Of a DNA stretch of 64,000 bases, positions 62,006 to 64,000 are shown piece after piece; the stretch's first letter is position 1; each line of letters starts with the position of its first letter. The stretch is from an uncultured Methanosarcinales archaeon. GTDB lineage: Archaea; Halobacteriota; Methanosarcinia; Methanotrichales; Methanotrichaceae. Location of the stretch: NCBI GenBank assembly GCA_963843555.1, contig CAWJKV010000014.1:64001-128000 (forward strand). Reading direction: 5' to 3'. A program made the translations under genes and the position numbers. Under the pieces are notes generated by a model, which had not been told where the DNA came from, made no database searches, and saw nothing but the letters and a program-made list of their open reading frames with translations.

Positions 62006-63326
62006 ATGGCACCGGAGTTCCATGACATCCGCATTTTGCGGGGCAGCAGAACGAGGATTGTCCTGGACAATGGCAAGCTGGAAGAGATATCCCAGGCACC
62101 ATTCCAGGGGGCATCAGTGCGCGCTCTGTACGGAGGTGCCTGGGGTTTTGTTACAACCGATAGCGTAGATGGCCTGGAGGAAGAGATCGATCTGGCCAGG
62201 CGCATAGCCAGGAAGATCGACAGACAGGAGGAGCTGAGGCTGGCAGAGGCGCCAGCCGGTAAGAGCATAGCGGTGCCTGTGAAGAAAGACCCGAAAGACC
62301 TCTCTTTAGAGGAGAAGGTAGGGCTCCTCAGGGAGATTGAGGACTGCGGCAAAAGTTAAAGGCGTCTCCTCAACCCAGGCGGTCTACTCGGAGATGGAAC
62401 TGGTGTCACACTACAGCAGCTCTGAAGGCCTGGATCTGGAATCGAAGACGACCAGAATGGGCTTTATGGTCAGCGCTGTAGCCCACAGAAACGGGCTCTA
62501 CCAGACAGATGGAGAAGGCCGGGCGGGCGTGGGCGGACTCGAGCTCTTTGATCGGGAAGACCCCGTAGCTCTGGCCAGGGTAGTAGGAGAGACGGCCGTT
62601 GCACTCCTGGATGCACAGGCGCCCAGAGGTGGAACCTATCCCGTAGTCCTCGATCAGGAGCTCGCCGGCGTGTTTGTTCATGAGGCCGTGGGCCATGCCA
62701 CGGAAGGGGATATAATTTTGGAGGGGGACTCCTGTCTGGAAGGAAAGCTTGGCGAGACGATCGCGTCAGAAATGGTGACCGTAAAAGATGACCCTAGCCT
62801 GATGCTAAACGGCTATTACCCCTTTGATGATGAGGGAAGCCTGGCCCAGGAGACGGTCTTGGTCGAGAAAGGAGTACTGAGATCGTTTCTCAATACTCGC
62901 GAGACAGCCGCAAGATTGGGTGGGGTGCCGCGTAATGCGCGTGCTGAGGGCACTGACCGGCCGGTGGTGCGCATGAGCAATACCTACATTGCCAACGGGG
63001 ACTGGAAATTAGAAGAAATCCTGGAGGAGCTGGGCAGTGGAGTCTATCTGGCAGGAAGCCGGGGGGGACAGGTGAGCACCGGAGAGGGTGTCTTCCAGTT
63101 CAATGCCAAGAGCGGTTACCTGGTGGAAGATGGAGAGAAGACGAAGCTACTCCGGGACGTGTCCCTGTCCGGCAAGATCTTAGAGACTTTACTGCATGTC
63201 AAGGCTGTAGGAAATGATCTGAAATATAACAGCGGGCGCTGCGGAAAATCCGGTCAGTTAGTGCCCGTGAGCGACGGATCGCCCCATCTGCTAGTCGCCC
63301 AGGCGACAGTTGGCGGAACGGGATAA
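62006..63326 (+). CDS. tldD: TldD family metalloprotease with one frameshift near 62341
   Basis: GASVRALYGGAWGF in the first frame; HEAVGH, VRMSNT and CGKSGQ..GSPH in the second. Confidence 0.85.
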
Positions 63327-63352
63327 GTGTTTCAAGAGCCCTGATCTTTCAA

Positions 63353-64000
63353 TCAGACCTTTATCTGTCCTTTCAGCCAATTCCACCCCTCTCCAGCCGC
63401 TCTGTCGAGCTCTTTTTCAGCATATTCCTGAAGCTTGGGGAGTATATTCTTTTGCAGATCGTTTTTCAGATCACTTTCAGTATTGTTTTTCAGATCAGTT
63501 GGAGTACCGTTTTTCGGATCGTTTTGGGTGTCCTTTTTCGAACTTTGTTGCAGGTTCTCTTGTGGACTCTCTTGCAGATCCGGCAGTGGCCTGACCACAG
63601 AAGGGGTACCCTCTTCGGACCACCAATCCTGAGGATCGAACTCATTATTGGCTGAGTTTTCCAGCTTTGCATGCCCGGCGTCCACCAGCAAGCGGTTGAA
63701 ATTGGGCGAAACCAGCGGCTGGCCATAGAACCCCGTGAGATAGGCTACACAAATGAGGCTTCCATGAATGTCGCGACCACTGCCGCTGCCTGAAAGGTCA
63801 TCGATATCCAGGTACACCCTCTTGTTTATGAGTACCGCAAAGGTGAAATCCCTCGCCGCTGGCCCCTGGAGGGTACCAATCTCTGGAGATTTGACTTCTG
63901 CCAAACGGATGCGCTCCACGCTGTAGGTGATTCTGGGATCAGCCTTTTCAATTGTGACATCGAATGTATTACCATCCACTACATTTGTAACCGTACCATA
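63353..64000 (-). CDS. Thermonuclease (SNase)-like protein with degenerate active site, 5' end beyond the window
   Basis: VTNVVDGNTFDV..IRLAEVKSPE..DIHGSLICVAY..NFNRLLVDAGHA; frame is open to 64000. Confidence 0.7.
   Translation of the reverse strand, partial: YGTVTNVVDGNTFDVTIEKADPRITYSVERIRLAEVKSPEIGTLQGPAARDFTFAVLINKRVYLDIDDLSGSGSGRDIHGSLICVAYLTGFYGQPLVSPNFNRLLVDAGHAKLENSANNEFDPQDWWSEEGTPSVVRPLPDLQESPQENLQQSSKKDTQNDPKNGTPTDLKNNTESDLKNDLQKNILPKLQEYAEKELDRAAGEGWNWLKGQIKV

Noticed and set aside
62330..62360. Programmed frameshift in tldD
   Set aside because: A single extra base around GAGGACT with no canonical slippery heptamer; consistent with indel errors seen elsewhere.
1..64000. Intact IS, integrase, prophage, rRNA or known defence operon
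   Set aside because: No transposase, recombinase, phage structural, rRNA or cas/RM signatures recognised.

Overview
This is an archaeal chromosomal window. Gene content (LonB, Cdc48/VAT, HSR1-like regulator, TATA-type promoters, cell-surface repeat proteins) suggests a Methanothrix/Methanosarcinales-type methanogen; that assignment is inference only. Recognisable core genes are uvrA, cysS, mgtA, pspA, cdc48, lonB and tldD. The rest are accessory: a K+ channel, an RlmJ-like methyltransferase, three coiled-coil acylphosphatases, a RelE-type TA pair, a C1A protease with PKD repeats, a hybrid histidine kinase, a GMC oxidoreductase and an Ig-repeat adhesin. The most notable observations are: (1) a non-canonical tRNA-Cys(GCA) ending 2 nt before the cysS start codon, a possible tRNA-processing-coupled or tRNA-mimic leader; (2) two inverted paralogous copies of an ArsR / HTH-FeS / DsrEFH sulfur-relay cassette, one intact and one eroded by deletions, one of which maps to an 8-bp microhomology; (3) an unannotated dispersed GC-rich structured repeat family, two copies of which flank the TA module in inverted orientation; (4) a perfect (GATCATAA)x24.6 array; (5) operator motifs for ArsR and an HSR1-like repressor; (6) several unannotated small ORFs and pseudogene remnants. 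Many single-base frameshifts fall in short homopolymers and may be sequencing or assembly errors. All alignments and folds were done by eye.
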